From an uncultured Alphaproteobacteria bacterium (GTDB lineage: Bacteria; Pseudomonadota; Alphaproteobacteria; HIMB59; GCA-002718135): a stretch of DNA of 64,000 bases. The position numbers and the translations under genes are program-made. Positions 28,927 through 38,418 of this stretch are shown one piece after another. The stretch spans positions 4,867-68,866 of the forward strand of contig CACKRG010000006.1 in assembly GCA_902602515.1 (NCBI GenBank). The letters run 5' to 3'. Every line of letters starts with the position of its first letter. Position 1 is the first letter of the stretch. The notes under the pieces are model-generated. The model worked only from the letters and a program-made list of their open reading frames with translations, did no database searches and was not told where the DNA came from.

Positions 28927-29373
28927 TTATAAAGAACCGTTAATAGAATATTTTAGTATATTCACAACTTCATCAGTATTTTTTGTAATAGCTAGTGCAG
29001 CAGCATCAACTTCTTTCAGTGCATGTTGATGTTCTTCATTATGAATAATAATTAATGGTTTGTTAAGCGCAGCAGCATACCCTGCATCAAAAGCTGCATT
29101 CCATTGTTTATATTTTTCTCCAAAACGAACTACAACGATATCAGATTTTTCAATTGATAATCTAGTTTTTATTGCATTTATTTTTGCACCTTTATTATCA
29201 TGCCAAAATTTTTTATCTTCCTTGCCGAGTATTTTAACACCTATTTCGTCTGATAATTCATGATTAGTTGTTGGGCTTGTAAACTCTATTTCTAAATTTT
29301 CTTTATTACATTTTTTTATTATATCGTCTCTCCAATCAGTATGTATTTCTCCAGATAAATAAACTTTAAGCAT
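28927..29373 (-). CDS. YtoQ-family protein (nucleoside 2-deoxyribosyltransferase-like fold)
   Basis: VYLSGEIHTDWR, FGEKYKQWNAAFDAG, HALKEVD. Confidence 0.85.
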   Translation of the reverse strand: MLKVYLSGEIHTDWRDDIIKKCNKENLEIEFTSPTTNHELSDEIGVKILGKEDKKFWHDNKGAKINAIKTRLSIEKSDIVVVRFGEKYKQWNAAFDAGYAAALNKPLIIIHNEEHQHALKEVDAAALAITKNTDEVVNILKYSINGSL

Positions 29374-29382
29374 AACAGATAA

Positions 29383-30153
29383 TTAACTTAAATAAGCTGT
29401 TGTTAACACAGGAAAACTAGTAAAACCGAATTTTTTTGATTTTTCGGATTGATTTATTTGTTTCTGCCAGTCTAATATTTTATCTTCTTCTACACCTTGA
29501 CTTAACGCAAACTTTGCTAACATTTTTTCATAAAAAATCGCAGGTGAATTTTCGTCTCTGTTTGTTATCAAATAAGATAAGTTTTCAGACTGAATATTTT
29601 GATAACCTAAACTTGATAATTTTCCAACAAGATCTAAAGGTAACATTTGATGAAAACAGTGAGCTCTAAATGCGTCGTGGATAAGATCATTTAATTTTTT
29701 TTCTGGTCCATAAAATCTAAAATAATCCCATAAAATAGATACATTGACAAATTTTGAATTTTTTTTTGAAATTCTTTTCAATTCGTTCAAAGATAAATCA
29801 ACATCTTCAATGTATTCAAGTGTTTGAGTTGATGTAACTCTGTCACAAAAACCATTTTCAATGTCAATTTTATCTGCAGTACAACAGATGAGTTCAACAT
29901 TATTTAGGTTTTTACAACGATTATTTGCAGCTTCAAGCTGATCATTACTTGGATCAATCCCTATAGATTTTCCATTTTCACCTACACTTAAAGATATTTC
30001 TTGAACTAAATGTCCACCGCCACAACCAATATCAATTATATTTTGTCCAATTTCAATATCTAGTGAATTCATTATTGAAAGTCGACGAGAAACACCAGCA
30101 TAACCATTAGCAATTTTTTGTTGTATTATACTTAACTCATTATCAAACTTCAT
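29383..30153 (-). CDS. Class I SAM-dependent methyltransferase (UbiE-like), substrate unknown
   Basis: DIGCGGG motif I, GIDPS, QTLEY. Confidence 0.85.
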   Translation of the reverse strand: MKFDNELSIIQQKIANGYAGVSRRLSIMNSLDIEIGQNIIDIGCGGGHLVQEISLSVGENGKSIGIDPSNDQLEAANNRCKNLNNVELICCTADKIDIENGFCDRVTSTQTLEYIEDVDLSLNELKRISKKNSKFVNVSILWDYFRFYGPEKKLNDLIHDAFRAHCFHQMLPLDLVGKLSSLGYQNIQSENLSYLITNRDENSPAIFYEKMLAKFALSQGVEEDKILDWQKQINQSEKSKKFGFTSFPVLTTAYLS

Positions 30154-30203
30154 AATAATAATTAACTTTCTTATATATTTATTTTAATATAAATTTATTT
30201 ATT

Positions 30204-30614
30204 ATGGAATATTTATATACAAAAATATTTATATTATCTTCAGTCTCATCACTTTTAGTAGTATTATTTATTAACACTAGATTTTATAATATTTTTAAAA
30301 AATTTTCTAAATTTAAAAAAACTCTTATTAATCTACTATCTTATTTTATTTCGTTTTGCCTTTTAACATTATTTAATTATCAAACTTCAACTTTGGGTTT
30401 ATCTTCATTGGTGATTTTTAATGCAGCAATTATTACAATTATTTATTTTGAATTAGCAATATTTCTAGAAAAGATATTTTGGGATGATTTTCTTGGTAAC
30501 TCTCTTCCCAGATCAATAAATTTATTAATTAGCTTTGTGGTCATGATGAATTTTGGTTATTTTACTCTAATGTTTTACATAAAGGTATTAGGTATTAATT
30601 ATTTTGTATCATGA
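30204..30614 (+). CDS. Hypothetical membrane protein (~4 TM)
   Basis: Four hydrophobic stretches; ATGA overlap with ade. Confidence 0.6.
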   Translation: MEYLYTKIFILSSVSSLLVVLFINTRFYNIFKKFSKFKKTLINLLSYFISFCLLTLFNYQTSTLGLSSLVIFNAAIITIIYFELAIFLEKIFWDDFLGNSLPRSINLLISFVVMMNFGYFTLMFYIKVLGINYFVS

Positions 30615-32419
30615 TAAGTAGATTTTCTGTACCTAATCTTCATGAAGTGACCATACATTTAACTAATGTTGTTAATGGTAAATCAAAACCTGATCAAATT
30701 TTAACCAATGCAAAAATCTTATCAACTTATACTGATACTATATTAGACAACAAAGAAGTATGGATTTCAAAGGGTCGCATTGCCTGTATTAAAAATGTCA
30801 ATGATTATAAAAGTATATTTAATGTAAATGATATGTCTGTATTTGATGTTGAAAATAATATTTTGGCACCTGGTCTGATAGATCCTCATATGCACATTGA
30901 AAGTAGTATGATTACTGGATGTGCTTATGCTGAAGCTGCCTTATTAAATGGCACAACTACTATATTTTGTGACTCTCACGAAATTGGAAATGTGCTAGAT
31001 AAAGATGGTATTGAATGGATGCTTGAAGATTGTCGACAAGCTCCTTTATCAATTTTCTTAACTTTACCAAGTACAATACCAGCTACAAATGACTCATTAG
31101 AAACTGCAGGAGGAGATCTAACTGCAACAAAGATAGCTTCACTATATGACAAATGGCCTGAAATTTTAGGCTTAGGAGAAAAAATGGATTTTGTTTCAGT
31201 TTGTAATGGAGATAAAAGATCTCATAGTATTATATCTGAAACTTTAAAAAGAAATATTCCCGTTAGTGGCCATGTATTTGGTAGAGAATTTGTTGCTGCA
31301 TATGCAGCAAGTGGGGTTACAGATACACATGAAGCTGAAGAAAAATTATTTACAAATGATTTACTAGATGCAGGGTTGTGGATTTTTTTAAGAGGTGGAA
31401 ATCCTAAAACGCCATGGAACAGTATTAAAGAAGCTATAAAAGTATTAACTGAAAGTAAAGTAAGTTCAAAACGTATATGTGTATGTACTGATGATAGGGA
31501 TGCTGATGATTTATTTAATTTTGGTTTAGATTGGGTAGTTAAACAAGCTCATGAACTGGGAGTAGAAAAAACGACATCTTGGTCAATGGGATCTTTACAT
31601 CCCGCTACAAGATATAACATTGATAAAGACTATGGAGCTCTTGGACATGGCAGAAGAGCTGATATCGTAATGTTAGATGATAATCTTAATGTGCATAATA
31701 CTTGGTTGGGAGGAGAATTAGTTGTTGTAAACAGTAAAATAACTTCAACACTTGAACAACAATTGGAAAACAAGAGGTATAAATATCCTAATAGAGCCTA
31801 TAATACTGTCATTTTACCAAATGATTTTAAATTAATTCCAGATATACCTAATAAAGAAAACTTAAAAGTTAATATTATTAAATCTGAACTTCCAGGAATT
31901 ATAACAACAAGAGAAATTATAAATGTTAAAGAAATCATTACTGATTGGAAAAATTTTTTACTTGATAATAATTTATGTCATTTATGTGTTGTAGAAAGAC
32001 ATGGCCATAATGGTGAATACGCACATGGATTTTTAAAAAATTTTAATCTTAAACAAGGTGCTGTAGCAAGTTCAGTTGGACATGATGCTCATAATTTGAT
32101 TGTTGCAGGTTTAAATGAAGAAGATATGAAGTTTGCATTAGATATAATAAACGAGACACAAGGTGGAATAGTAATTGTTAATAATGGTACTTTAATTTCA
32201 AAAGTAGAACTACCAATTGCTGGCTTGCTTTCTGATAAAAGAGCCAATATTGTTGCTGAAGAAAATAGAAAATTTAAAAATGAGTGGGAAAATGCAGGCT
32301 GCACACTTCCTTACATGGGCTTTAACTTATTACCATTATCAGTAATCCCAAATTTCAGAATAACTAATAAAGGTTTAATTGACGTAAACACAATGAAACT
32401 TATTCCTTTATTTCAGTAA
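30611..32419 (+). CDS. ade: Adenine deaminase
   Basis: DPHMHIESS, DSHEIGNV, DTHE, CTDD, SVGHDAHN. Confidence 0.9.
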   Translation: MISRFSVPNLHEVTIHLTNVVNGKSKPDQILTNAKILSTYTDTILDNKEVWISKGRIACIKNVNDYKSIFNVNDMSVFDVENNILAPGLIDPHMHIESSMITGCAYAEAALLNGTTTIFCDSHEIGNVLDKDGIEWMLEDCRQAPLSIFLTLPSTIPATNDSLETAGGDLTATKIASLYDKWPEILGLGEKMDFVSVCNGDKRSHSIISETLKRNIPVSGHVFGREFVAAYAASGVTDTHEAEEKLFTNDLLDAGLWIFLRGGNPKTPWNSIKEAIKVLTESKVSSKRICVCTDDRDADDLFNFGLDWVVKQAHELGVEKTTSWSMGSLHPATRYNIDKDYGALGHGRRADIVMLDDNLNVHNTWLGGELVVVNSKITSTLEQQLENKRYKYPNRAYNTVILPNDFKLIPDIPNKENLKVNIIKSELPGIITTREIINVKEIITDWKNFLLDNNLCHLCVVERHGHNGEYAHGFLKNFNLKQGAVASSVGHDAHNLIVAGLNEEDMKFALDIINETQGGIVIVNNGTLISKVELPIAGLLSDKRANIVAEENRKFKNEWENAGCTLPYMGFNLLPLSVIPNFRITNKGLIDVNTMKLIPLFQ

Positions 32420-32465
32420 TTTATCTTTAATTAATATTTTCATATTTTTTAAATATGATAAGAAA

Positions 32466-33176
32466 TTGTCATCTAGAATGCAGAAAGTACTATTTATATT
32501 ACATCAAAAAACTTCAGTACCCGGTGATATAGGTAACAAATTTAAAAATAGGGGATATAGTATTGAAATATGCAGACCTCCACTTGGAGATGAATTGCCA
32601 TCAAACTTAATCAATTATTCATCTATTGTAGTTTTTGGATCACCAGGCAGTATAAATGATGATGAAGAATTTATAAAAAAAGAAATGCATTGGTTAAAAA
32701 ATGTTATTGAATCTAATGTGCCTTTTCTTGGAATATGTTTTGGAGCCCAACTATTAGCTAAATATCTTGGTTCTGAAATTAAAACTAATACTAATGGAAT
32801 TTCTGAAATTGGATTTTATAAAATTATACCAACTGAGATTGGTAAAGAGTTATTTAAATTTCAAGATACATTTTATCAATTTCATTCTGAAGGTTTCTCT
32901 TTACCCTCAGGTTGTGAGTTATTAGCTAGAGGAGATATATTTAGTAATCAAGCTTTTAGATTTAAAAATTGTTATGCACTTCAATTTCATCCAGAAGTGA
33001 ATTTAAGTTTACATATTCGTTGGATTTTTTTAGTTCTATTAAGAAATCCAAAAAAATTATTTGTTATTGGAGCTCAAAATATTTTTACCCAATTTTTTCT
33101 CAGATTTAAATATAATAAATCAATTTCAAATTGGCTTGATATGTTCATAGATCAATATCTTCTAAAAGAGAGATAA
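32466..33176 (+). CDS. Class I glutamine amidotransferase-like protein
   Basis: GICFGAQ and QFHPE catalytic motifs; start may be ATG 32478. Confidence 0.85.
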   Translation: MSSRMQKVLFILHQKTSVPGDIGNKFKNRGYSIEICRPPLGDELPSNLINYSSIVVFGSPGSINDDEEFIKKEMHWLKNVIESNVPFLGICFGAQLLAKYLGSEIKTNTNGISEIGFYKIIPTEIGKELFKFQDTFYQFHSEGFSLPSGCELLARGDIFSNQAFRFKNCYALQFHPEVNLSLHIRWIFLVLLRNPKKLFVIGAQNIFTQFFLRFKYNKSISNWLDMFIDQYLLKER

Positions 33177-33184
33177 TTTTTACA

Positions 33185-33946
33185 TTGTTTAGAATCAATA
33201 AATTATTTTATTCACCTGTAAAATCTCTGTCCTTTTCTTCTGTAAAAAAATTAGAAATATTAAATAATATAGGCATAAAATTTGATAGAAACTTTGCATT
33301 CACAAGAGATTTAGATGATAACAAAATTAATTATATACTTAATAATCCTTTAGAAAGACAAATTATGAATTTTCTTTCATTAAAACATTTACCTGAATTA
33401 AATATATATAATTTTGATTTTGAAACTAATTTTCTTAGATTAAAAAAAAATAATAATACTATTCTATGCACAGATATTAATAATAAATTGGAAGTTGAAA
33501 TTTTGTGTAAAAAAATACAAGAATTAATTCCAAAAATAAATAGAGTTAAATTAATACAAGACTCAATAAATCCTTTTTTTGATACAATGCCATCAAAAAC
33601 AATATCTTTAATTAATCTTAATAGTATAAGAGATTTTGAAATAAAGTTATCCCAAAAAGTAGAATTTGAAAGATTCAGAGGAAATATTTATATTGATGGA
33701 CTTAATGCTTGGGATGAAAGAAATTTGGTTAACAGGATTTTAGTTATCAATGATGTTAAATTTAAAGTAATCAAAGAAATACCACGTTGTTCAGCAACTA
33801 ATATTAAACCCAATTCCTCTCAATATAATCTATCAGTTCCAATATCTTTAAAAAAATTTTATAATCATATTAATTTAGGTATATATTTATTACCTCTAAA
33901 CAATGGTAATATTAAATTAAATGATGAAATTTTTATTAATGACTAA
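33185..33946 (+). CDS. MOSC-domain protein (YcbX/mARC-like)
   Basis: YSPVKS, FDRNFA, RFRGNI, IPRCSAT (Moco cysteine). Confidence 0.88.
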   Translation: MFRINKLFYSPVKSLSFSSVKKLEILNNIGIKFDRNFAFTRDLDDNKINYILNNPLERQIMNFLSLKHLPELNIYNFDFETNFLRLKKNNNTILCTDINNKLEVEILCKKIQELIPKINRVKLIQDSINPFFDTMPSKTISLINLNSIRDFEIKLSQKVEFERFRGNIYIDGLNAWDERNLVNRILVINDVKFKVIKEIPRCSATNIKPNSSQYNLSVPISLKKFYNHINLGIYLLPLNNGNIKLNDEIFIND

Positions 33947-35063
33947 ATTTATTAATAAACACTCTGAAAAAATTACTGGTTATTTTTTTATACTACCTGC
34001 AGTAATAATAATTAGCTTATTTGGAATTTTTCCCGTTTTTTTTGGAATGTATATGAGTGTACATAAATGGAAAGTTTTTAAAGGGCGATTTTTAGGATTT
34101 GAGAATTATCAAAGAATACTTGGAGATATTCCTGCTTTTTGGTTATTTGTTTTGGGATTATTATTATTGATATTAAGTTATTGGTTGTGGAGTGAATTTA
34201 AAAATAAAGTAAAAAATAAAATCTATTTAGTATTATTATCAATAGCAATTTTAATTTTTGGCATAATATTAATTAATATTAATTGGGAAAAAATGCTTTT
34301 AACGGGTGATGAAGACTATCTTTATTCTCTCATCTATACTTTTTATTATTCTTTTTTCACTATTATTTTTGAGGTTGGATTAGGATTAATAATTGCATTT
34401 GCTTTGTATCAAAAACTAGCTGGTAAACAATTCTTTCAAATGATTTTGCTATTTCCTTACATTACTCCAGCTGTAATGGGTGCTGCAGTATTTTTTTTAA
34501 TATTTGGTAAAGCTGAAAATTCTTTTTTAAATCAACTAATAGGCATATTTGGTTTTGAGCCTCAAATGTGGTTGTTTGATAAAAGGCCAATTACTGAAGT
34601 TTTATTTGGTATAAAAATAGAAGGTCTATTTGCTGGGCCAAGCTTAGCTCTAATGTCATCAATTATATATGGAATCTGGTCTTACACTGGTTATTATGCA
34701 ATAATATTACTTGCTGGCTTATCAATAATTCCTTCAGATTTATACGAGGCTGCGAAAGCAGAAGGTGCTAATAGATGGCAAACATTTATTAAAATTACTA
34801 TACCACTATTAATGCCTATTATATTTTTTCTAATGTTGACTGGTTTTATAAATACTTTTCAAGCTTTTAATAGTATTTTTGTTATGCAAACTTCTTCTGC
34901 CGGAGATACAATGGATGTTGTTACGATAGAAATTTTTGATCATTTTTGGGGCAGGGTTAAATATGGTTATGCTGCAGCTGAAGGAGTGATTTTATTTATA
35001 CTTCTAAATATTTTAGCAATATCACAATATGTAATTTTTAGAAAAAGGTTAAGTTATGACTAA
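33939..35063 (+). CDS. Carbohydrate (CUT1) ABC permease 1
   Basis: LYEAAKAEGA EAA loop, YGYAAA; ATG 33939 overlaps the MOSC stop. Confidence 0.9.
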   Translation: MTKFINKHSEKITGYFFILPAVIIISLFGIFPVFFGMYMSVHKWKVFKGRFLGFENYQRILGDIPAFWLFVLGLLLLILSYWLWSEFKNKVKNKIYLVLLSIAILIFGIILININWEKMLLTGDEDYLYSLIYTFYYSFFTIIFEVGLGLIIAFALYQKLAGKQFFQMILLFPYITPAVMGAAVFFLIFGKAENSFLNQLIGIFGFEPQMWLFDKRPITEVLFGIKIEGLFAGPSLALMSSIIYGIWSYTGYYAIILLAGLSIIPSDLYEAAKAEGANRWQTFIKITIPLLMPIIFFLMLTGFINTFQAFNSIFVMQTSSAGDTMDVVTIEIFDHFWGRVKYGYAAAEGVILFILLNILAISQYVIFRKRLSYD

Positions 35064-35901
35064 AATTATTAATGCAGAAACAAGGATACCTTATTTAATT
35101 TTATTAATAGTTTTTATTATTTCAATTTATCCATTTTTTTACATGATCTCAACATCTTTGATGACAGCTGGTGAAGCATCAAATCAATATTTATTTCCTA
35201 AAAAATTTATGTTTGAAAATTATTATGAAGTTTGGACATCTAATAGATTTCAACGCTATACATTTAATAGTTTAATAATAAGTTCAATAATTGTAATTGG
35301 TGTTTTATTAACCAGTATTCCAGCAGCGTATTCTTTTGCTAAAATAGAATTCCCATTTAAAAATATCATATTTTATATGTTGTTACTTTCATTGATGATT
35401 CCAGAAATAATTACACTATTACCTCACTTATTAATTATTAGAGGGGAAATTATTCCATTGCCATTCGGGCCTTCTTGGATGAATACTCTTCAAGGTTTAA
35501 CAGTTCCATTTATGGGAAATATCTTTGTAATTTTCTTATTAAGACAATATTTTAAAAAGATACCAAATGAACTCTGGGATGCTGCTAGACTTGATGGATC
35601 TTCTCATTTAAATTTTTTACTCAAGGTAGTAATTCCAATGAGCAAACCTATTATTGTGACGGTTTCTCTATTTACCTTTATAATAGCCTGGAATAGTTTT
35701 GCGTGGCCTTTACTTATATTGACTCGAGATGATTGGTATCCTGTAACAGTTTCTATTTATAGTTTTGTGAGGGAGGTTGGACCTAATTTTAATTTATTGA
35801 TGGCAGCTTGCTTAATTGCAATTTTCCCAATTTTATTATTATACTTTTTTACTCAGAAGTTATTCATAGAAAGTATATCAAACTTTGGATTAAAAGAATA
35901 A
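35056..35901 (+). CDS. Carbohydrate (CUT1) ABC permease 2
   Basis: LWDAARLDG, WNSFAWPL. Confidence 0.9.
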   Translation: MTKIINAETRIPYLILLIVFIISIYPFFYMISTSLMTAGEASNQYLFPKKFMFENYYEVWTSNRFQRYTFNSLIISSIIVIGVLLTSIPAAYSFAKIEFPFKNIIFYMLLLSLMIPEIITLLPHLLIIRGEIIPLPFGPSWMNTLQGLTVPFMGNIFVIFLLRQYFKKIPNELWDAARLDGSSHLNFLLKVVIPMSKPIIVTVSLFTFIIAWNSFAWPLLILTRDDWYPVTVSIYSFVREVGPNFNLLMAACLIAIFPILLLYFFTQKLFIESISNFGLKE

Positions 35902-35959
35902 TTTTTGTAACAAAATTTTAACTTTACCTTTATATTAGTAAAATTTTTATGGGGTGATT

Positions 35960-37294
35960 ATGAAATTTTATAAATATATTTTAAATTTCTTCTTAGCTTC
36001 TTTATTTTTTATTTCTTCTCAAACATTCGCAATTACTGCACAAGATATTGAAAATGCAGATCCTTCAGATCAAACTGTTGAATTCTGGGTACAATACTCT
36101 GATGAAAGATTAGATGCAATGATGGCAAGAGCTGAAAGATTTGAAGCTGAAACAGGAATAAAAGTTAATGTTGTTCACAAAGGTCATTATGGAAAAGTTC
36201 AATCTGCTATGATGTCTGCTGCAGGAACAAAAGATATAGCAGATGTTGCAAGAGGTTATGGTAATGCTGCTGCAGATATGTACTTAATTGGTGCTTCAAT
36301 TGATCAAAATATTTTAGCAAATAGTAAAAAGTGGGGTGTTTCTCAAGATGATATAGCGGATTGGGGAGCAAACTGGACTGTTGGCTTTTCACCATATTTT
36401 GATGGAAATCCAAAACTTCTACATGAAGTTGGAAAATCAATAGAGATTCTTTATTTCAATTCAGATTGGTTAAAGGAACTAGGTTTGGATGTACCTAAAA
36501 CACCTGCAGATTTTGCAAAAGCAGCATGTGCTGCGACTAATCAAGATTATAGTGGTAAGATGGGTGAAGATGTTCCAAGTTATGGATATGAAATAGATAC
36601 CGATGCAAGTAATTTTGCAGCATGGGTTTTTGCCCATGGAGGTGATGTATTTGATTATGATAATGGTCAGTATATTTATAATGGCCCTAAAGCTATTGAA
36701 GCTATGGAATTTATTCAAGGTATGGCCAATAAAGGATGTGCAATAGTTGCAAGGGGTAAGTACACTGATCAGCAATACTTAGGTCAGGGTTCTGTCTTAT
36801 TTGCTGCAGGTTCCACCTCAGGTATTACCTATTTCCAGAAGGCCATTGAAGAGGGTTATAATGGTAATTGGGATGTAGCTCCATTATCTTATACAACTAG
36901 TGAACCAGTCCTTAACTTATATGGCGGTGGCTTAATTATGGGAAATTCAGGTGATGCTAATAGAATGGTGGCAGCATATCAGTGGATGAAATATATTTCC
37001 AATACTGAGAATTCAGCAGTTTGGTCTACTGAAAGTGGATATGGTTTTGTTAGAACCTCTTCTGCTGATCATCCATTAATTGCTGAAAAAAGAGCTGAAT
37101 TACCTCAATATGACAAGTCATTAACAATGGTTCAATACGGCAAAGGTGAACCATCAGTTCCTGGTTATTATTCAGTTAGAGGTGAGGTTGAAAAAGCTTA
37201 TGCAGCAATCATTAACGGTGATGATATTATTTCAACATTAAATCAATTAAATGAAGATGCTAATGCAATATTAGCTGATGCAACCGCAGAGTAA
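35960..37294 (+). CDS. CUT1/UgpB-like extracellular solute-binding protein
   Basis: Signal peptide, LYFNSDWL, SBP_bac_1-type size; SD-like GGGGTG before ATG 35960. Confidence 0.88.
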   Translation: MKFYKYILNFFLASLFFISSQTFAITAQDIENADPSDQTVEFWVQYSDERLDAMMARAERFEAETGIKVNVVHKGHYGKVQSAMMSAAGTKDIADVARGYGNAAADMYLIGASIDQNILANSKKWGVSQDDIADWGANWTVGFSPYFDGNPKLLHEVGKSIEILYFNSDWLKELGLDVPKTPADFAKAACAATNQDYSGKMGEDVPSYGYEIDTDASNFAAWVFAHGGDVFDYDNGQYIYNGPKAIEAMEFIQGMANKGCAIVARGKYTDQQYLGQGSVLFAAGSTSGITYFQKAIEEGYNGNWDVAPLSYTTSEPVLNLYGGGLIMGNSGDANRMVAAYQWMKYISNTENSAVWSTESGYGFVRTSSADHPLIAEKRAELPQYDKSLTMVQYGKGEPSVPGYYSVRGEVEKAYAAIINGDDIISTLNQLNEDANAILADATAE

Positions 37295-37315
37295 TTTAAT
37301 TAATTTACTTTTATT

Positions 37316-37342
37316 AAGGGTGGTTTATACCACCCTTTTTTT
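37316..37342 (+). terminator. Intrinsic terminator after SBP
   Basis: AAGGGTGGT-TTAT-ACCACCCTT followed by T-run, ending directly at the next ATG. Confidence 0.85.
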
Positions 37343-37903
37343 ATGATAGTAGTTTGCTCCCTTAATGATTTATCTAATGTCTGTGCAAGTATACTGCCAA
37401 AATATCTTATATCAGTAATTGACCCAGGATATGCACCAGAAACACCCAAGAGTGTAAAAAATCATTTAAAGTTAGGATTTGATGATATTATTGAAATTAG
37501 TAGCAATAACAAAATATTTCGATTGAATACTGATGAAATACCACAAATTCTTCCTGGTGAAGATCATATAAATTCAATAGCTAATTTTACTTCTTCATAT
37601 AATTATGATGAAGATATTGTTATTCATTGTTGGTGCGGTGTCTCAAGATCAATGGCAACAGCTACCTATTTGCTATGTAGAGAAAACAAAACTAATATTG
37701 AAAATACAATTAAATATATTCGTAATCTTGCCCCTCATGCAAACCCAAACAAATTAATGATAAAACACTTTGAAAAAAAATTAGGTGTTAACAATCAAAT
37801 CTCTAACACATTTTTAAAATTACCTTACACTAAAACATACGATTGTTCTTCAAATTTTGCACCTGTTACTTTATTTGATATAAAAGACATTGAGAATAAC
37901 TAA
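37343..37903 (+). CDS. Protein-tyrosine/dual-specificity phosphatase-like protein
   Basis: HCWCGVSRS CX5R loop, FDDI acid loop, PN motif. Confidence 0.85.
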   Translation: MIVVCSLNDLSNVCASILPKYLISVIDPGYAPETPKSVKNHLKLGFDDIIEISSNNKIFRLNTDEIPQILPGEDHINSIANFTSSYNYDEDIVIHCWCGVSRSMATATYLLCRENKTNIENTIKYIRNLAPHANPNKLMIKHFEKKLGVNNQISNTFLKLPYTKTYDCSSNFAPVTLFDIKDIENN

Positions 37904-38418
37904 TGAAAGAATACGTTCGAACCATTGCGGATTATCCTGTTGAAGGAATTCAATTCAGGGATATTACGACATTATTGCAAAATGCAGGACACTTTAAACA
38001 AGTTATTGATGACATGGTGCAACCATGGAAAAATAAAAAAATAGATGCAGTCTTAAGTATAGAATCACGTGGTTTTATAATGGCAGGTGCATTAGCTTAT
38101 TTTTTAAATGCAGCATTTGTTCCTTTAAGAAAACCTCATAAACTGCCATTTGATACTTTCAAAGTTGCATATGATTTAGAATATGGAACAACCGAAATGC
38201 ATATTCATACTGATGCTTTAGAAGATCATAAAGATTTACTTATTATTGATGATCTTTTAGCCACCGGTGGAACTGCACTCGCAGCAGTAGAATTAATAAA
38301 TAAGTTTCAGGATAAAAATATTGTTGGAGCAGGCTTTATAATAAATTTACCTGAATTAAATGGTGATAAAAAATTAATTGAAAAAGGAATTGAGATACAT
38401 TCATTAATGGAGTTTTAA
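37903..38418 (+). CDS. apt: Adenine phosphoribosyltransferase
   Basis: FRDITTLL, ESRGF, LEYG, IDDLLATGGT. Confidence 0.96.
   Translation: MKEYVRTIADYPVEGIQFRDITTLLQNAGHFKQVIDDMVQPWKNKKIDAVLSIESRGFIMAGALAYFLNAAFVPLRKPHKLPFDTFKVAYDLEYGTTEMHIHTDALEDHKDLLIIDDLLATGGTALAAVELINKFQDKNIVGAGFIINLPELNGDKKLIEKGIEIHSLMEF

Noticed and set aside
29383-30153. Calling the methyltransferase ArsM, MddH or UbiE
   Set aside because: Only generic SAM-binding motifs are recognisable.
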